Source: Myxococcota bacterium (GTDB taxonomy: Bacteria > Myxococcota_A > SURF-8). Taken from it: a stretch of DNA of 64,000 nt. A program made the translations under genes and the position numbers. Each line of letters opens with the position of its first letter. Position 1 is the first letter of the stretch. The stretch covers positions 1,248,001 to 1,312,000 of the forward strand of contig CAXXQS010000002.1 in NCBI GenBank assembly GCA_963674735.2. Direction: 5' to 3'. The notes beneath the pieces were generated by a model that worked only from the letters and a program-made list of their open reading frames with translations, made no database searches and was not told the origin of the DNA. Below, piece after piece: positions 18,515 to 28,037 of the stretch.

Positions 18515-21136
18515 TTACGGCAATCCGGGTGCGGTGTAGCCGTTGTTGTCCGTATCGATGAAAATCGGGTTGAGGATGCTCAAGACCGGTTGTCCGGGCG
18601 AAACCGGACCGAGGTCTTTTTCGGGTGCGCCCGCCAAAACGGCCACCCAGCTATCTCCGTCGAGAGCCGGCAAGGTGTGGGTGGCGCTGTAGCGTTCCGT
18701 CTCGGTTCCCGAAACGGCTTCCTCGACCACCGTTTGCCCGTTGACGACGATACGAATCCAGTCCACCGGCATCCATGACGGGGCCTGTACGTGTACGGCA
18801 ACCTCGTAGGGGCCATCGCCGGTCACGGTTCCGCCCACGCCGACTCCATTGATTTCAGCGGTGACGAAGGGACCGGAGGCCGCCATGACTTGCAGGCTTT
18901 TGACGGCCGTGATGAGTTCGTTGTTGCTGACGGCGTTGGGGTCGTCCTTGCCGACGTAAACAAAGCTGCGGCCATCGCCGGGATTGTTCTCGGTGTGCGA
19001 GTCGGATACCGCTGTTCCGGCTACGTGAATGCCCTGGTTGAGCAGGCTGTACCAGTCGGGCAGAACTTTGCTGAGGGACGTGCTCACAGCTCCCGAGTTG
19101 ATGAGTTCCACCATGTCGAAATCTTCGGAGAACACACCGTCTTCAAGGCCCGCGACCCCGACGGCGGGATCGTAGTCGATGACATCGAAATAGCCTTGCG
19201 AGCCGCGCGGATGATTGATCTGGACGAGCTGGCTATCGAAGGTATCGTGCAACTCGGTCCAGATTTCCGGCATGCTCATCGGTCCCAGGAAATGATCGTC
19301 CTCGGCGTCATAGCCTTTGTACCAGTAGACGCCGAAATAGTCGGGTCGTTCGGGTTGTTTGGTGAGAATGATCCCATTGGTGTGCGCCCAGGGAGGCGAA
19401 ACTTCGTCACCGACGAGCACACGCAGATAGTCGCGCAAGCCCAGCGGATCGACCAGCGGATCGAGATTGCTGATGTGATCGTGGTCGGTGATGGGCGTCA
19501 ATTCCAAGCCGACGGCCGCCAGTTGGGTGACCCGTTCTTCGATCGGGACGACGGCGTCGATGGATAGCTCCGTATGCATGTGGAAGTCGCTGGCGATCCA
19601 GCCCGTACTATCGACCACGCGGGTCAGATCTCCCGTGAAATCGATTGTTTGTTTCGCGGCTAACGTGATGGATTTCTGAACGATGTCGTATTCGTAACCG
19701 CGCGAAGCGGTGAGAGTGTAGTCGCCGGGTTCGAGCAGGAAAGTTCCCTGGCCATCGGTACTGAAGACGCGTTTGATGATGGCCGCGCCGGAGGCTGCGT
19801 CGGTGCCCGCTTGTACGCTGATGCGGCAAGGCAAACCATCGTGCGAACTACCATCGAAGTGCTCGCCGCCGATGGTAAAGGTGATGCGTCCGGTGGCGGG
19901 CAGCGCGATTTCGGCTTGCACGGGTTCGTCGCCCACGGTGACGGGGCCCACCGGCTCTCCTTGCGGACGACCGTTTTGACGCGTGATAACCGTGTAATTT
20001 CCGAGGGGTAGATTGAACGCCAGCGGTGCATCGCCGATCCGGGCGGTTGTGACCGGAATGTCTTCGTCGTCGAGAATCTCCACTTGAGCGGGCTGACCGG
20101 CGTCTTGTGGGTCGTCCAGGCTGGTCGTCACCGTGAGCGTGGTTGTCGCGTCGCCGGTGATGGCCGCGCGCTCTGCATGCACGGCCTCGAGGTTGGGGCC
20201 CACCGAGAAATAGCGGGTGAAGCTGCCGGATTGTCCCGGTTTTATGTCGACCCGAGTGCCGACGATGGGCAGAATGTCGGCCTGGTCGAGAGGAACATTC
20301 AGCAGGCCTTCCGCCGGATAATAGCCGTAGGCGATGCCGTCTCCCACTGCGAACTGGGCCGGGAAATCGCCCAGAGCAGCCAGACCTTTAAGCCCCCAGC
20401 CCAAGCCGGGTGTCAGAATATCGAGGCGGTTGCTCCAAACGACAGCGTCGCCCAGATCCACTTCCTGGCGGCTGTCGGAAGCGACCGTGGTGGTGATTTC
20501 CAAGCTGCGGCTTTCGGGGAGCAGGCGGTAATCCAGGGTGACCGCGAGGCCGAGAGACTGAAAGGGGATCGCCATGTCGACGATGGGGATTCCATAGTCC
20601 CGCCCGGTCACGCGCAGATGGGCGACCGTCCCCGCCGAGCCGTCGTCGATGACTTCGAAGGTTTCGGGGATGAAGCCGCGCAGGATGGCCGTAATGATAC
20701 TGACTTCGTCGAGGAGATCTTCGCCTTGTTCGTCGCCGTCCAACCAGACCGCATCGATGAGCGTGCCGCCCATGGGCACCCAGGAACGGGTTTTCCCGGT
20801 TCCCTGTATGACAAACAGAGCCCGTTCGTTCGCGATCAGGTAGTCGCCGGCCTGTACACCCGCCGAGGGGCCGTCCAGAACGGCGCTTCCGTCGCTCAGC
20901 AACTCAACCCGAAGTCCGGTCAGCGGAGGTTCATCGCCGTCGGGTTCATCGCCATCGGGCTCGTCGCCATCAGGCTCATCACCGTCGGGCTCATCACCGT
21001 CGGGAGTATCACCATCCGGTGTGTCGCCATCGGTGGGGTCACCGGTATCGCTGTCGGAACCTCCGCAGTTGACGGCAAAAAACATCAGCATGCTCAAAAC
21101 AACCAACATGACGCCATTTAAACAAATCCGACGCAT
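18515..21136 (-). CDS. Lipoprotein with PHP-like (CehA/McbA-type) metallohydrolase domain
   Basis: Lipobox AVNC; DGD[TE]P repeats; SRGYEY, DFHMH, TDHDH, NHP and SDSH metal-ligand motifs. Confidence 0.82.
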   Translation of the reverse strand: MRRICLNGVMLVVLSMLMFFAVNCGGSDSDTGDPTDGDTPDGDTPDGDEPDGDEPDGDEPDGDEPDGDEPPLTGLRVELLSDGSAVLDGPSAGVQAGDYLIANERALFVIQGTGKTRSWVPMGGTLIDAVWLDGDEQGEDLLDEVSIITAILRGFIPETFEVIDDGSAGTVAHLRVTGRDYGIPIVDMAIPFQSLGLAVTLDYRLLPESRSLEITTTVASDSRQEVDLGDAVVWSNRLDILTPGLGWGLKGLAALGDFPAQFAVGDGIAYGYYPAEGLLNVPLDQADILPIVGTRVDIKPGQSGSFTRYFSVGPNLEAVHAERAAITGDATTTLTVTTSLDDPQDAGQPAQVEILDDEDIPVTTARIGDAPLAFNLPLGNYTVITRQNGRPQGEPVGPVTVGDEPVQAEIALPATGRITFTIGGEHFDGSSHDGLPCRISVQAGTDAASGAAIIKRVFSTDGQGTFLLEPGDYTLTASRGYEYDIVQKSITLAAKQTIDFTGDLTRVVDSTGWIASDFHMHTELSIDAVVPIEERVTQLAAVGLELTPITDHDHISNLDPLVDPLGLRDYLRVLVGDEVSPPWAHTNGIILTKQPERPDYFGVYWYKGYDAEDDHFLGPMSMPEIWTELHDTFDSQLVQINHPRGSQGYFDVIDYDPAVGVAGLEDGVFSEDFDMVELINSGAVSTSLSKVLPDWYSLLNQGIHVAGTAVSDSHTENNPGDGRSFVYVGKDDPNAVSNNELITAVKSLQVMAASGPFVTAEINGVGVGGTVTGDGPYEVAVHVQAPSWMPVDWIRIVVNGQTVVEEAVSGTETERYSATHTLPALDGDSWVAVLAGAPEKDLGPVSPGQPVLSILNPIFIDTDNNGYTAPGLP
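20927..21031 (-). repeat. Intragenic 15-bp tandem repeat x7 encoding (DGDTP)2(DGDEP)5
   Basis: Read directly; synonymous variation between units. Confidence 0.9.
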
Positions 21137-21285
21137 CCTTCCGACTCCTTTGCATTAAAAGCCGTGTTAGATCAAGATTACGAAACCGTTAGAGAGGGTA
21201 CATCAGGCGGAGAGAAGAAAATAGGAAAAAATGCAGGAAATGGCGCAGAAAGGAATGAAAACCGGGAGCGCGATATGAGGTGAAT

Positions 21286-21873
21286 CTAGGGAAAACGCAG
21301 ACCGACCGAAATCTCCGTTCCGAGACCGGAGGTCATGATAAGGCTTTGCAGACGACCGCCTTTCAAGCCGGTTGCACCGTACATCAAGGCGACTTCGACG
21401 TCGAGTGCCAGAATGGGCGCCATATACCAACTCAACGAAACGGGCACGCGGCCGTATAGCTCCGTACCCAGATCCACCTGATCACCAAACACGAACGTGC
21501 CGCGTATGCCGAAACCCACTGATGGTTCGATTTCACCCAATACCCAGCGCCAGTTCAAACCCAAGGCGGTTCCGATCGACTGTAAATCGCCGAAATCACC
21601 TTGGGCTGTTTCATAGGCATACAGGGGTTGAAGTTGAAAAACGAAGCCTTCCCGACCGAAAAGCATGTCGGCCGCAACTTGTCCCCCGTGACGATCGTCG
21701 ATGGAAAGACCCAGGAGCGATCCGTCTTGAAAGAACACATACCCTGCTTTGGGGGCCAGGCTGAACCAGGGGCGTTTTGGGGTGGTGGTGTTTTCTGCGC
21801 GGACGTCGGCGAACAGGGAAAACAAGGGACCGAGAAACAGGATAATGAAGACGACGTATCTGATCACAACCAT
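21286..21873 (-). CDS. Hypothetical small outer-membrane beta-barrel protein
   Basis: Signal peptide, amphipathic strands, C-terminal VGLRFP. Confidence 0.55.
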   Translation of the reverse strand: MVVIRYVVFIILFLGPLFSLFADVRAENTTTPKRPWFSLAPKAGYVFFQDGSLLGLSIDDRHGGQVAADMLFGREGFVFQLQPLYAYETAQGDFGDLQSIGTALGLNWRWVLGEIEPSVGFGIRGTFVFGDQVDLGTELYGRVPVSLSWYMAPILALDVEVALMYGATGLKGGRLQSLIMTSGLGTEISVGLRFP

Positions 21874-21959
21874 TCACCTGCGGATCGGGTTCATTTGGTC
21901 AAGCTCCCCTTGGTTGTACTCGCGTAGGCGGACGAAGTCAATGTGACGATTACTAAGGA

Positions 21960-22829
21960 TCAGTGCAATTGAGGTTCCTGGTCGTCGGAGTCGTCGAACC
22001 AAGGGGTGTTTTCGGGACTGCTGGGGGCTCGGTCGGAAGCGGTGAGTGAGCTTGGCTCGGTCGGATTTTGGCTCTTCGCTTCCGGGGTTTCGTTTGTTTC
22101 GGATTCCCCGCGGCGCACTGCCATGATTTGTTCGAGAAATCCGAGCGAAAAGCGCCGTGACTTATACAAGCTGCGCAAATCGGGAAGGGACAGCGAAGGC
22201 AGAATGAGCATGACCAGCCGGGGAGGCGTATCGGGGTTGTTGAGCAGAGCGGTTTTCACCCGATAGCGGGCAAACCACTTGGGATGTTCCACCACCTGGC
22301 GTAGGGCTTCCGGGTGGTTGGGACGTCTGGCGCATATTTTGATGACGTGTTCTTCTTTAAGCTGCGGATGACGCAGCAGGTTTTTAATGACGGCCGGATC
22401 GGGGTCGACCAGGAGTTTTTCGAGCAGAAGCGGCGAAGCTTTGCGGGCATGCCACTTACGTTCGCCGAGTGTCATATCCTGCAAGTCCTGATGGGCCTGC
22501 AGGTTTTTCGGTTTCGGCTTGCGAATGGGCAGGGGGGCCAGCCATTCCGTGGCCAGCAGCAGACCTTGGCGGTCGGCGATATCGAAAATCGTACTCAGGC
22601 GACGTCCGAAGCATTCGCGAACGATACTGAAATCCGTCATATCTCGAAGTAGAGCCAGGCTGTTACGATTTTTCCGAATGGCTTGGCGATAAAGTTCGTC
22701 GAATAAATGGGCGACTTCTTCATCGCTGAAACGGGAAAACTCGTGGGCGGTGCGCCGTGCACGGAAGCTCGCTTCTTTGAGGGGCCTTACGCGTTCGGCG
22801 ATGGCCCGGATGATGTCATCATAGTCCAT
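21960..22829 (-). CDS. Hypothetical helical-repeat protein (LRV/HEAT-like)
   Basis: LTLGERK-like segment, DPDPAVIKNLLRHP and RVKTALLNNPDTP. Confidence 0.6.
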   Translation of the reverse strand: MDYDDIIRAIAERVRPLKEASFRARRTAHEFSRFSDEEVAHLFDELYRQAIRKNRNSLALLRDMTDFSIVRECFGRRLSTIFDIADRQGLLLATEWLAPLPIRKPKPKNLQAHQDLQDMTLGERKWHARKASPLLLEKLLVDPDPAVIKNLLRHPQLKEEHVIKICARRPNHPEALRQVVEHPKWFARYRVKTALLNNPDTPPRLVMLILPSLSLPDLRSLYKSRRFSLGFLEQIMAVRRGESETNETPEAKSQNPTEPSSLTASDRAPSSPENTPWFDDSDDQEPQLH

Positions 22830-22870
22830 GCTGTTCGCCGCTCAATTCATGACGATCGTTGAAACGGCGC

Positions 22871-22909
22871 AAAAAAAACGCCGCATGACCGGAGATCCGG
22901 TTGGCGGCG
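22871..22909 (-). terminator. Intrinsic terminator of the His-Xaa-Ser peptide gene
   Basis: Minus strand CGCCGC-CA-ACCGGA-TC-TCCGGT-CAT-GCGGCG followed by T8, about 30 nt after the stop. Confidence 0.8.
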
Positions 22910-22938
22910 GAAGCATGGCCGTTTGATCGAAACGCTGT

Positions 22939-23352
22939 TTACCAACTCCCGTGGGAACCATGTGAGCCGTGGGAGCCATGCGAGCCGTGGGAGGCGTGGG
23001 AGCCATGGGAGCCGTGGGAGCCGTGGGAACCATGAGAACCGTGGGAGCCATGCGAGCCATGCGAGCCATGCGAGGCATGCGAACCGTGCGAGGCATGTCC
23101 GGCATGCAACGACTGTCCCTCGGCCATGGCGGCTTGAATGTCCGGCGAATGGCCGTCCAGATAGTCGGCTGCGTCGTGATGGTCCGGTCCGATGTTGATC
23201 CCTTCTTTTTCAGCTGCTTCGAGCGACTGTCCCAGGAGAAGCAAAGTTGTGGATGCCGTGAGGGCTTGCTTCTTGGTGATTTTGCCTTCTTCTCCCGTGA
23301 GGAACTGGCCGACCTTTTTTTGAATTTTAGGGAGCTTGCGTTTCGCACTCAT
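22939..23352 (-). CDS. His-Xaa-Ser repeat peptide (HxsA-like precursor), 137 aa
   Basis: AAGGAG RBS before ATG 23352; basic leader KLPKIQKKVGQFLTGEEGKITKK; C-terminal HAG + 17 x H[GA]S + W. Confidence 0.88.
   Translation of the reverse strand: MSAKRKLPKIQKKVGQFLTGEEGKITKKQALTASTTLLLLGQSLEAAEKEGINIGPDHHDAADYLDGHSPDIQAAMAEGQSLHAGHASHGSHASHGSHGSHGSHGSHGSHGSHGSHGSHASHGSHGSHGSHGSHGSW
22945..23106 (-). repeat. 9-bp coding tandem repeat x18 (14 HGS, 3 HAS, 1 HAG)
   Basis: Counted from the DNA; third codon positions vary. Confidence 0.95.
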
Positions 23353-23486
23353 CAGCGTCTCCTTTGTGGTCGCAGCGCGAGTAAACCAACCCGCTTCCGA
23401 CGGCCCGGTCGGCATCAATCGATGCAGATACACTCCCCTTGACGCCAGCCTCTCCATCAGACATACGTCAAGTCAAGGTAAGATCA

Positions 23487-23516
23487 ATTGTAACAGACCC
23501 ATTTGCAGTCTGTCAA
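23487..23516 (-). promoter_or_regulatory. Sigma70 promoter of the His-Xaa-Ser peptide gene
   Basis: Minus strand TTGACA-N18-TACAAT with TGn extension; -35 overlaps the palindrome GTCAAGCTTGAC. Confidence 0.6.
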
Positions 23517-23579
23517 GCTTGACGTGCATGTATGTCAGTCCTAACAAATGTCGGGCAAAAATCGTGGATCTTTTTGAAA

Positions 23580-24647
23580 TCAGTCCCGAATTTCATTTTG
23601 GATGATTCGGCCCAGTTCGGCCAGACGCGTCATGACCAATTCGGCTTCCATTTCGCTCATGGTTCCCATGCCGCAAGAAGGCGTGATCATGCTCTGTCGC
23701 CAGATCAGGTCTTCATCGATGCCGTGTTTGGCCAGGTGGGCGACCAGTTGTCGTAGGTGGGCGGCGAGATTCTCGGTTGTTTGGGTATGAATGTCGGCCG
23801 ATGTGGGAACGACGCCCCAAGCCAGCGCGCCGCCGTCTTCGAGGAAGGGCCCAATACGATCCGCATAAAGAGCGATGCTTTCACCGTAGCTGAAGGCGTC
23901 GAAATTGAGAATATCGGCTCCGGCGTCGATCAGGATCGTCCATTCGGTGTTGCCGCAGACATGGACGCCGACCACGGCCTTTTCTTCGTGCACGGCCGCG
24001 ATTGCCTGTGACAGGTAATGGACGACGTCTTCGCGGGTGACGTTGATATAGCAGGACGAACCGAAAGCCGACAGGGTCGGTTCATCGAGAAAACAAATCA
24101 CCTTTTCGGCATAATCGCGGAACAGGCGTACCTGCCAGCGCGCGTTCAGCGCCGCGTTTTGCGTGGCGACTTCAGCTAAAGCATCATTGAAAAAAATGGG
24201 CTTGCCTGTTTCGTCGAATACCGTCAGCGCGAAGGATACCGGTCCGGTGGCGTGAACTTTCACAAAGGGCGGTTTCGCTTCAAGTGCTTTGAAGCGTTCA
24301 AGTGCGGCCGGAATTCCGGCGGAAGCCTCGGTCGAGATGGCGAAACGACTGAAATCACTCGATTCCGGCGCCGCAAACGCCGCTTCGTAAAAGGAAGTCA
24401 GTTCATCGGTCAGGCTTTCGCGGTTGGCATCGATGGAGATCTTGGCGCTGTCGGGATGCTTGACTAAACCCGGTAGCCCTTCGCCATATTGCGGTAAAAA
24501 TCCCTCGCGCCAGTCGCGTTTGGGAAGTTGGGGCCAAATGGGGGCTTCGGGGACGCATTTAAGAATCCAGTCGAGTGCGGCATGGGGATCGGTATGGGGC
24601 AGACTTCCGATCATGGTGGTCAATCCCCGGGGTGCGTCGATTCTCAT
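23580..24647 (-). CDS. Core (catalytic-domain-only) methionine synthase, MesB-like
   Basis: IGSLPH, WPQLP, TGPVS, LDEP, Zn ligands HVC and TPSCG, and WGVVPT; half the length of MetE. Confidence 0.82.
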   Translation of the reverse strand: MRIDAPRGLTTMIGSLPHTDPHAALDWILKCVPEAPIWPQLPKRDWREGFLPQYGEGLPGLVKHPDSAKISIDANRESLTDELTSFYEAAFAAPESSDFSRFAISTEASAGIPAALERFKALEAKPPFVKVHATGPVSFALTVFDETGKPIFFNDALAEVATQNAALNARWQVRLFRDYAEKVICFLDEPTLSAFGSSCYINVTREDVVHYLSQAIAAVHEEKAVVGVHVCGNTEWTILIDAGADILNFDAFSYGESIALYADRIGPFLEDGGALAWGVVPTSADIHTQTTENLAAHLRQLVAHLAKHGIDEDLIWRQSMITPSCGMGTMSEMEAELVMTRLAELGRIIQNEIRD

Positions 24648-25011
24648 ATGGCTCTCCTTGAGTGAGGTCCGAGCAAAGATTTATCCTAGCATTGCCGTGT
24701 CTGGTGGGAAAGCTGAAAATTTTCTTTAACGTATCACGATTATAGGTTTGGTGAAAAAGTTGCATTTTCAGAACGATCTGGTTATGATGCGCACGAATTC
24801 AAGTCGTGGAAGGTCATACGGCTATGGAGTGGTACATCTTCGGAATTTTCGCCTATACGGGTATTGGGTTGACCATCATGCTCATCCTGCGTTTCTCGAA
24901 GGTCGGCCAACGCTATCGCGACGACAAATAACCCGTGTATAAGAGTCCCGTTCCCGGCGCCGCCATCCTGGCCACGTCTCATATTCTGAATATAGTTAGG
25001 AGAGGTATCTG

Positions 25012-25782
25012 ATGTCGGGTTATGGCTTTGCCGAACGGTTGGTGTGTGTGTGTATGGCGCTTTTGCTTCCGGCAGTTCTTTGGGCTGAAGAGGGTTCGAA
25101 TTCCGAAACCCCCGATATTGCTCCGGTTGTTAAGACCGATGTCGCCGCAGATGTGGAGGCAGGCCAAGCCATCGCGCCGGTCAACACCGTCGAAGACACT
25201 CCGGCCGAAGCGACGCAGCCTGAAGCCGTGGCGGAAGACGCCCCGGTCGACGAAGGTGCGGGTATGCTGGCGGGCGTCAAATCGATTGTCATCACCGACC
25301 GGGTGTCCATCGGCACTTTGGGCAAAGATTTGATCGCCGAGTATGGATTTCAGATCGAATTGACCAGCCCGCACTTCGGCATTGTCGGGCGTTGGGCCTA
25401 TTTGCAGAATTACCCCACGACCATCGGCTTCAGTTATGATCTGGGTTTTGCTTTTCATTATTATCCCTTCGGCGAAGGCCCTTCAGGGCTGTATGTCGGA
25501 CCGGGTTTCAACCTGATCCACATGTTCCGCAATCCCGACCCGCTGCCCGCCATGGTGGTTCCCAAGGAAATCGAATACCTGGTGCGTTTTTATCGGACTG
25601 GATACGGCCATTCGTTCGATTTCATGACGCCGATTCTGGAGGTTGGCTATCGGTATCGTTTCCCCTTCTATCTGACTCTGGGTGTGGAATTGACGGCCGG
25701 GTACGCTTTTTCCGACCAACCGCGCCAGTGGGAGTCGAATTTCTTCTGGGTGTTCAACCCGCAGATCGGCTTTTCCTGGTAA
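25012..25782 (+). CDS. Hypothetical outer-membrane beta-barrel protein with acidic N-terminal linker
   Basis: AGGAGAGG RBS, signal peptide, GLYVGP and VGYRY strands, terminal IGFSW. Confidence 0.6.
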   Translation: MSGYGFAERLVCVCMALLLPAVLWAEEGSNSETPDIAPVVKTDVAADVEAGQAIAPVNTVEDTPAEATQPEAVAEDAPVDEGAGMLAGVKSIVITDRVSIGTLGKDLIAEYGFQIELTSPHFGIVGRWAYLQNYPTTIGFSYDLGFAFHYYPFGEGPSGLYVGPGFNLIHMFRNPDPLPAMVVPKEIEYLVRFYRTGYGHSFDFMTPILEVGYRYRFPFYLTLGVELTAGYAFSDQPRQWESNFFWVFNPQIGFSW

Positions 25783-25881
25783 AAACCGTTTCTTATTCGG
25801 TATTTTCGCGGGGGAAAGCTTGTCGGTGGGCGTCGTCTTGCGGTATGATAACCGCCACATGGAAAAAGGACGAGGAATGCC

Positions 25882-26958
25882 GTGGAAACCCCGCTGTTGA
25901 CCCGAAATGCCAAATTGCTGCTGATTGGGCTGGTTATCGCTGCTGCGGTGCTCTATCTGCTTCGTGGGATCGTTGCACCGGTGGCTTTTTCCTTCCTGCT
26001 GGCCTATTTTCTGGATCCCCTGGTCGATCGTCTGGAGGCGCGCAAGCTCTCGCGCAGCCTTTCCATCGTTTTGATTCTGGTGGCGGCGCTGCTGGCTATC
26101 GGACTGTTTTTATTGATTCTTCTGCCGTTGCTTAAGCTGCAGATCGGGCAATTTGCCGCGCGTCTTCCGGGATTGGTCGATGGTGTCGAGGGCCGAATTG
26201 CGCCGTGGCTGGAGCAAACCTTCGGAGTCAAAGCTTCTGTCCTCCTGGACCAATCCACAACCCAAATCGGGAGTTGGTTGCATGGTTTGACGGCGGGTGA
26301 TATGGCCCCTGTGACAGAAGTTCTGGCCCGCTTTTCAAGTGGAACGGTTTCACTGGTGATGGCGGTTGTATCGGCTGCGGTCATTCCGGTGTTTCTGTTC
26401 TATTTCCTGCGCGATTTCGATACGTTGAAACTGATCCCGCTCGAATATGTTCCACCTCGGTATACGGATTGGGTGGTGGAGTTATTTTGCGAAATCGACG
26501 AAACGCTCGCCGGTTTCGTGCGTGGGCAGGTCACGGTTTGCTTGCTTTTAAGCGGACTTTACGGGGTGGGCTTTTTCATTGCCGGCGTGCCGCTGGGGTT
26601 GCCGATCGGTATCCTGGCCGGACTGGTGGCGTTTGTTCCGTATCTCGGAGCGGTGTTCGGGGTCGGGGTCTCGGTTATAATGATTTTGCTTGATTGGCAG
26701 GGATTTGGGCCGCTGATCGGTCTGGGGATCGTTTTCGCGCTGGTGCAGACCCTCGAATCTTTTATCCTCACTCCTCGGATTGTCGGCGGCAAGGTCGGAT
26801 TGTCGCCGGTGGCCGTGATTGTCGCGTTGATGGTGGGCGGCCAGTTGCTCGGTTTTGCGGGTATTCTCGTGGCGGTTCCGGCGGCGGCGGTCGTAAAGAT
26901 TCTGTGGCGGCGGTCGGCTGCCCGTTACCGCGAAAGCGCCTTTTTCTCCGGAGGCTAA
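25882..26958 (+). CDS. AI-2E (PerM/UPF0118) family transporter
   Basis: AYFLDPLV, FYFLRD, GFVRGQ, FVPYLG, LTPRIVG..VGLSP and GILVAVP motifs. Confidence 0.93.
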   Translation: METPLLTRNAKLLLIGLVIAAAVLYLLRGIVAPVAFSFLLAYFLDPLVDRLEARKLSRSLSIVLILVAALLAIGLFLLILLPLLKLQIGQFAARLPGLVDGVEGRIAPWLEQTFGVKASVLLDQSTTQIGSWLHGLTAGDMAPVTEVLARFSSGTVSLVMAVVSAAVIPVFLFYFLRDFDTLKLIPLEYVPPRYTDWVVELFCEIDETLAGFVRGQVTVCLLLSGLYGVGFFIAGVPLGLPIGILAGLVAFVPYLGAVFGVGVSVIMILLDWQGFGPLIGLGIVFALVQTLESFILTPRIVGGKVGLSPVAVIVALMVGGQLLGFAGILVAVPAAAVVKILWRRSAARYRESAFFSGG

Positions 26959-26959
26959 A

Positions 26960-28033
26960 ATGCGCCGGGTCAAATTGGTAGTCTCGGATTTTCATGTGGG
27001 GGCGGGTCGTCGTTATTCCGACGGGTCGCTAAACACGATGGAAAATTTCGTGTTCGATGAGCGCTTCATCGATTTTATCGAGTACTACTCCACCGGGGAT
27101 TACACCAACGCCGAAGTCGAGTTGATCATCAACGGGGACTTCTTCAATCTTATCCAGATCGAGGTGGACGGTCGAACCCCTTCCGATATCACGGAAGATT
27201 TGGGTACCCGGCAGATGCGGCAGGTGCTGGACGGCCATCCGATGCTGTTTGACGCCTTGCAGACATTCGCGGAACTCCCCGGGAAGACCATCGTTTTCAC
27301 CATCGGCAATCATGATGCCGCCTTGATCTGGCCGCGCGTCAAGAACCTGCTCCAAAAACGCTTGGGTGAACAGGTGCGGATCGTCAACCGGACCTACGTT
27401 TTCGATGATGTGGCGGTGGAACACGGCGACCGCTACGATCCGGTGCATGCCGTCGATCCCAAGCTGCCGTTTTTATCTCGCGGACTTAAGGAGCCCATCT
27501 TGAATCTACCCTGGGCCAGCTATTTCTTCATCCACTTTGTGCGCAAATTGAAGAACAAACGCGGTTATATCGATATGGTGAAACCGTTCCGAACCTACCT
27601 GACCTGGGCGGCCATGTTTGATTTTTCGTTCTTTTTCGTCACCATTATGCGCTTGATCTTTTTTGTGTCGGGATCGATTCTGTTCGGTCGCGTTGGGCAT
27701 AAACGCTTCGGTTTCGGCGTGATTGTTATGCTGATTCGCGCAATGGGGCACGATCCGGAGCTTAAGGCGGCCAAACGCATTTTGAGTCGCGGTACGGTGA
27801 ACACGGTGATTTTCGGTCATACCCACCAACCACGGGTCCGTCAACTGGGCCCCGGCCGCCAGATGATCAACACGGGTTGCTGGAACGGCGTTACCCATCT
27901 CGATATCGAGGGTTATGGTTTTCAGACTCTGCTCACGTATGGATTGCTGGAGTGGCACGAGGATCGTTGGTTGACGACGCTTCGGGCCTGGAAAGGCCGC
28001 GCCCGGCCTTACGAAGATTTCATCGGTGGGTGA
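26960..28033 (+). CDS. Calcineurin-like metallophosphoesterase (LpxH-like)
   Basis: SDFH, NGDFF, GNHD, EHG, FGHTH and NTG.W motifs. Confidence 0.85.
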   Translation: MRRVKLVVSDFHVGAGRRYSDGSLNTMENFVFDERFIDFIEYYSTGDYTNAEVELIINGDFFNLIQIEVDGRTPSDITEDLGTRQMRQVLDGHPMLFDALQTFAELPGKTIVFTIGNHDAALIWPRVKNLLQKRLGEQVRIVNRTYVFDDVAVEHGDRYDPVHAVDPKLPFLSRGLKEPILNLPWASYFFIHFVRKLKNKRGYIDMVKPFRTYLTWAAMFDFSFFFVTIMRLIFFVSGSILFGRVGHKRFGFGVIVMLIRAMGHDPELKAAKRILSRGTVNTVIFGHTHQPRVRQLGPGRQMINTGCWNGVTHLDIEGYGFQTLLTYGLLEWHEDRWLTTLRAWKGRARPYEDFIGG

Positions 28034-28037
28034 GCTG

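Noticed and set aside
22945-23106. Tandem repeat as a CRISPR array or non-coding VNTR
   Set aside because: 9-bp contiguous units without spacers; variation is confined to codon wobble of the HxS frame; no cas genes.
22842-23442. Alternative-frame repeat ORFs (MARMARM..., MGAMRA..., RGSHGS...)
   Set aside because: Shadows of the HxS repeat; only the 23352 frame has an RBS, invariant residues and a fitting terminator.
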